DNA from: Stylophora pistillata
Taxonomy: Eukaryota
Direction: 5' to 3'
NCBI RefSeq assembly: GCF_002571385.2
Contig: NW_019218249.1
Coordinates: forward strand, 62,001-126,000
DNA: 64,000 nucleotides
Part shown: piece after piece, positions 62,068 to 64,000 of the stretch
Layout: every line of letters starts with the position of its first letter
How positions within the stretch are numbered: the first letter of the stretch is position 1
Position numbers and translations under genes: made by a program
The notes under the pieces: generated by a model
What the model was told of the DNA's origin: nothing
The model's database searches: none
The model's input: the letters and a program-made list of their open reading frames with translations, nothing else

Positions 62068-62253
62068 AAGCAATAGACAAATTTTCTCCTGTGTCTGCAT
62101 ATCCTGATATAAACACTCGAGGGGTTGGAAGAATTCTCGAAAGTTATGCAAACCTTCGACTTCTTCTCGGTGTCACAGAATAGTCTCGAATTCTCCAAAC
62201 CCTTCTCGTGTTTATATCAGGCTATGCAAACATGAAAAACGCTTTTATAGCTT
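62068..62253. repeat. Palindromic MITE-like repeat (end of a ~600-bp element 61650-62255)
   Basis: Inverted arms gcatatcctgatataaacac...gtgtttatatcaggctatgc. Confidence 0.7.
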
Positions 62254-62292
62254 AAATCGTTAACCCCCAAGTTATCGTTGCTAATCACTTAC

Positions 62293-63047
62293 ATGATAAT
62301 TATTTCCAGGGAAAAGAGCGTTATCCACTCGTCTGTGTCTTCGTCGCCACCACTTGAAGTGTCTATCTCGTCATCGTCATCATCGTCATCTAAATTTTCT
62401 TCGGAGTCATTTCTTCCGCAGTGATCGCCATCACAATGCTCAACACCACAACTGTCACCATCGACCAAATTTCCGTCCTTAACTATGGCTTTGCTGCCAC
62501 CACATGTATCTTTTACCACGCCTTCATCGCTATCTGCTCTTCTGTTTGAAATACAGACATTTTCCCCTGTGCATCCTCCTTTTCGTAACCTTCCACTATG
62601 CATGAATTCCTCTGGTGTTGTGCTGAGGTCCGTGTTCCCTATCTAAAATCATATTTAAGGGTATTAAAAAGGAAAATTGATCATGTTTTTTCCATGGCAA
62701 TTTTTCATTTCACATGTAAAATTATAAATTAACACTGAAATGCGGAACCATTATGCGAATGAATTTGTCACCTTCTATAAATGGGCAGGAGTAATGGGCA
62801 GGAGTATTGTTATTTCTCTTTCTTTCGTTGCGACTCTTCAAAAGCTTATTTAACCTCTCGAAGATAGGTTCTTTTACTGGAAGAACGTCTGGTTTCGATG
62901 TATCACTGCCAGAGAAACTTTTTCTGTCTTCGGGAAAGATGCATTCACTTTCATTTCTTTCATCTAGTGCCTCTCCATTTGGAGGATCTACCGCCTTCGC
63001 TGGAGTGCATTCGTAACCAAGTGGAGGATCATAAAAAAAATGCTCAC
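62293..63047 (-). other. Possible upstream exons of the decayed MULE-like gene (acidic, low complexity)
   Basis: Exon-like segments 62772-63047 and 62293-62642 have AG/GT boundaries on the minus strand, but their phases do not join cleanly. Confidence 0.3.
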
Positions 63048-64000
63048 CTGAAGCACAAAAAAGCAATTACCGCGTCAGAATTACTTTGTTTTAAAATATC
63101 CAAGAAAGATTAGAATTAGGGCAGAAAGTCTAAAAAAAATGACTGAAGCAAAACCGCAGAAAAAAAGAGAAAAGGAAGCGAATATAATAAGAGAATCCAA
63201 ATGCGAGGGAGGCATGGGCTGCTCCTCAGTCTTTTCTACTTATAGTTATTCCACTGATAACAATAGAACAAGGGACCGGAGGGATTGATTTAATTTGGTG
63301 TGGTGTTTTTTGCATCAGTTTAATGTGGTGAAATTCTTTCAAAAAAATTCTTGACACTAGCTAGCTGACGAAGGTCCCGTTAACCCGGCTGTGCGGTTTA
63401 ATCTCTAATAAGCGCACGGGATCCATGATCTAAATTTAAAGAAAGGGCAATCTGTCGTAATCAACACCGTCGAAGTAAAGAAAACAAGAAAGAGCCCGTG
63501 TAACTCTCGGACTCAGATGAGATTTATGAGGCAAGTTCAAAATTAGTTTTTAGGTTGTTGATGGAAAAGAGAAAGGGAGGCGTCCAGTAATGAATCAGTT
63601 ACATACGGCTCTCTTCCTGGTCCCCTTGTCCTTGATCTGTAAATTTATTAGAGCTGCTCCTGTAAGCCAAATATCAAAACAATATTTCGCATACATACTT
63701 TGACAGCGCATATATATTAACGACAGTATTGCAAGAAATTTTTAGCCTTGCGGGTTCTAATTTTTGCAATTTTCCGGCAATTTGGAAAAAAACCAAAATA
63801 TGATCATGCTGGGTTCTGGGTAGTTGCTGAAAATTGCAAAACAATAATTCCCAGCAAGAGAAACCAATCTACCCTGATCGCAAAAATTAGCTCCCACAAA
63901 ACACCAAAAGCAAAAAAGACTCCAATCCCCAAAATTATACTCCTACAAAACTTTCGTGCCACACGGTATCAAATAAGTTCACCACGTCTCGCATTTACAG

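Noticed and set aside
63367-63400. CTGACGA hammerhead-like start
   Set aside because: No stem II followed by GAAA and a cleavage triplet.

Overview
This is AT-rich, intron-rich eukaryotic DNA; the repeat landscape suggests a cnidarian, probably a stony coral (inference). Positions 263-52850 (+) hold the 3' part of an RNF213/mysterin-like giant AAA+ ATPase / E3 ubiquitin ligase gene whose 5' end lies upstream of the window. By hand I traced 64 GT-AG exons with consistent phases (11,115 nt, ~3,704 aa plus stop). The protein looks atypical. The RING finger is cleanly absent at its expected position. The C-terminal RZ finger is retained with its catalytic Cys/His but has a lengthened first knuckle. 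A UBA-like helical insert sits in the stalk region. Introns and the 3' flank carry many mobile elements: Penelope-like retroelements (GIY-YIG, inverted pLTRs, target-site duplications, minimal hammerhead ribozymes), CRE-clade non-LTR retrotransposon remnants in (TTA)n arrays, a decayed DIRS element, a probable solo LTR, tRNA-derived SINEs, palindromic MITE-like repeats and a decayed MULE/SWIM transposase. Two N-gaps (22875-23323, 36363-37020) limit interpretation. Comparisons with human RNF213 use motifs recalled from memory, not a computed alignment.
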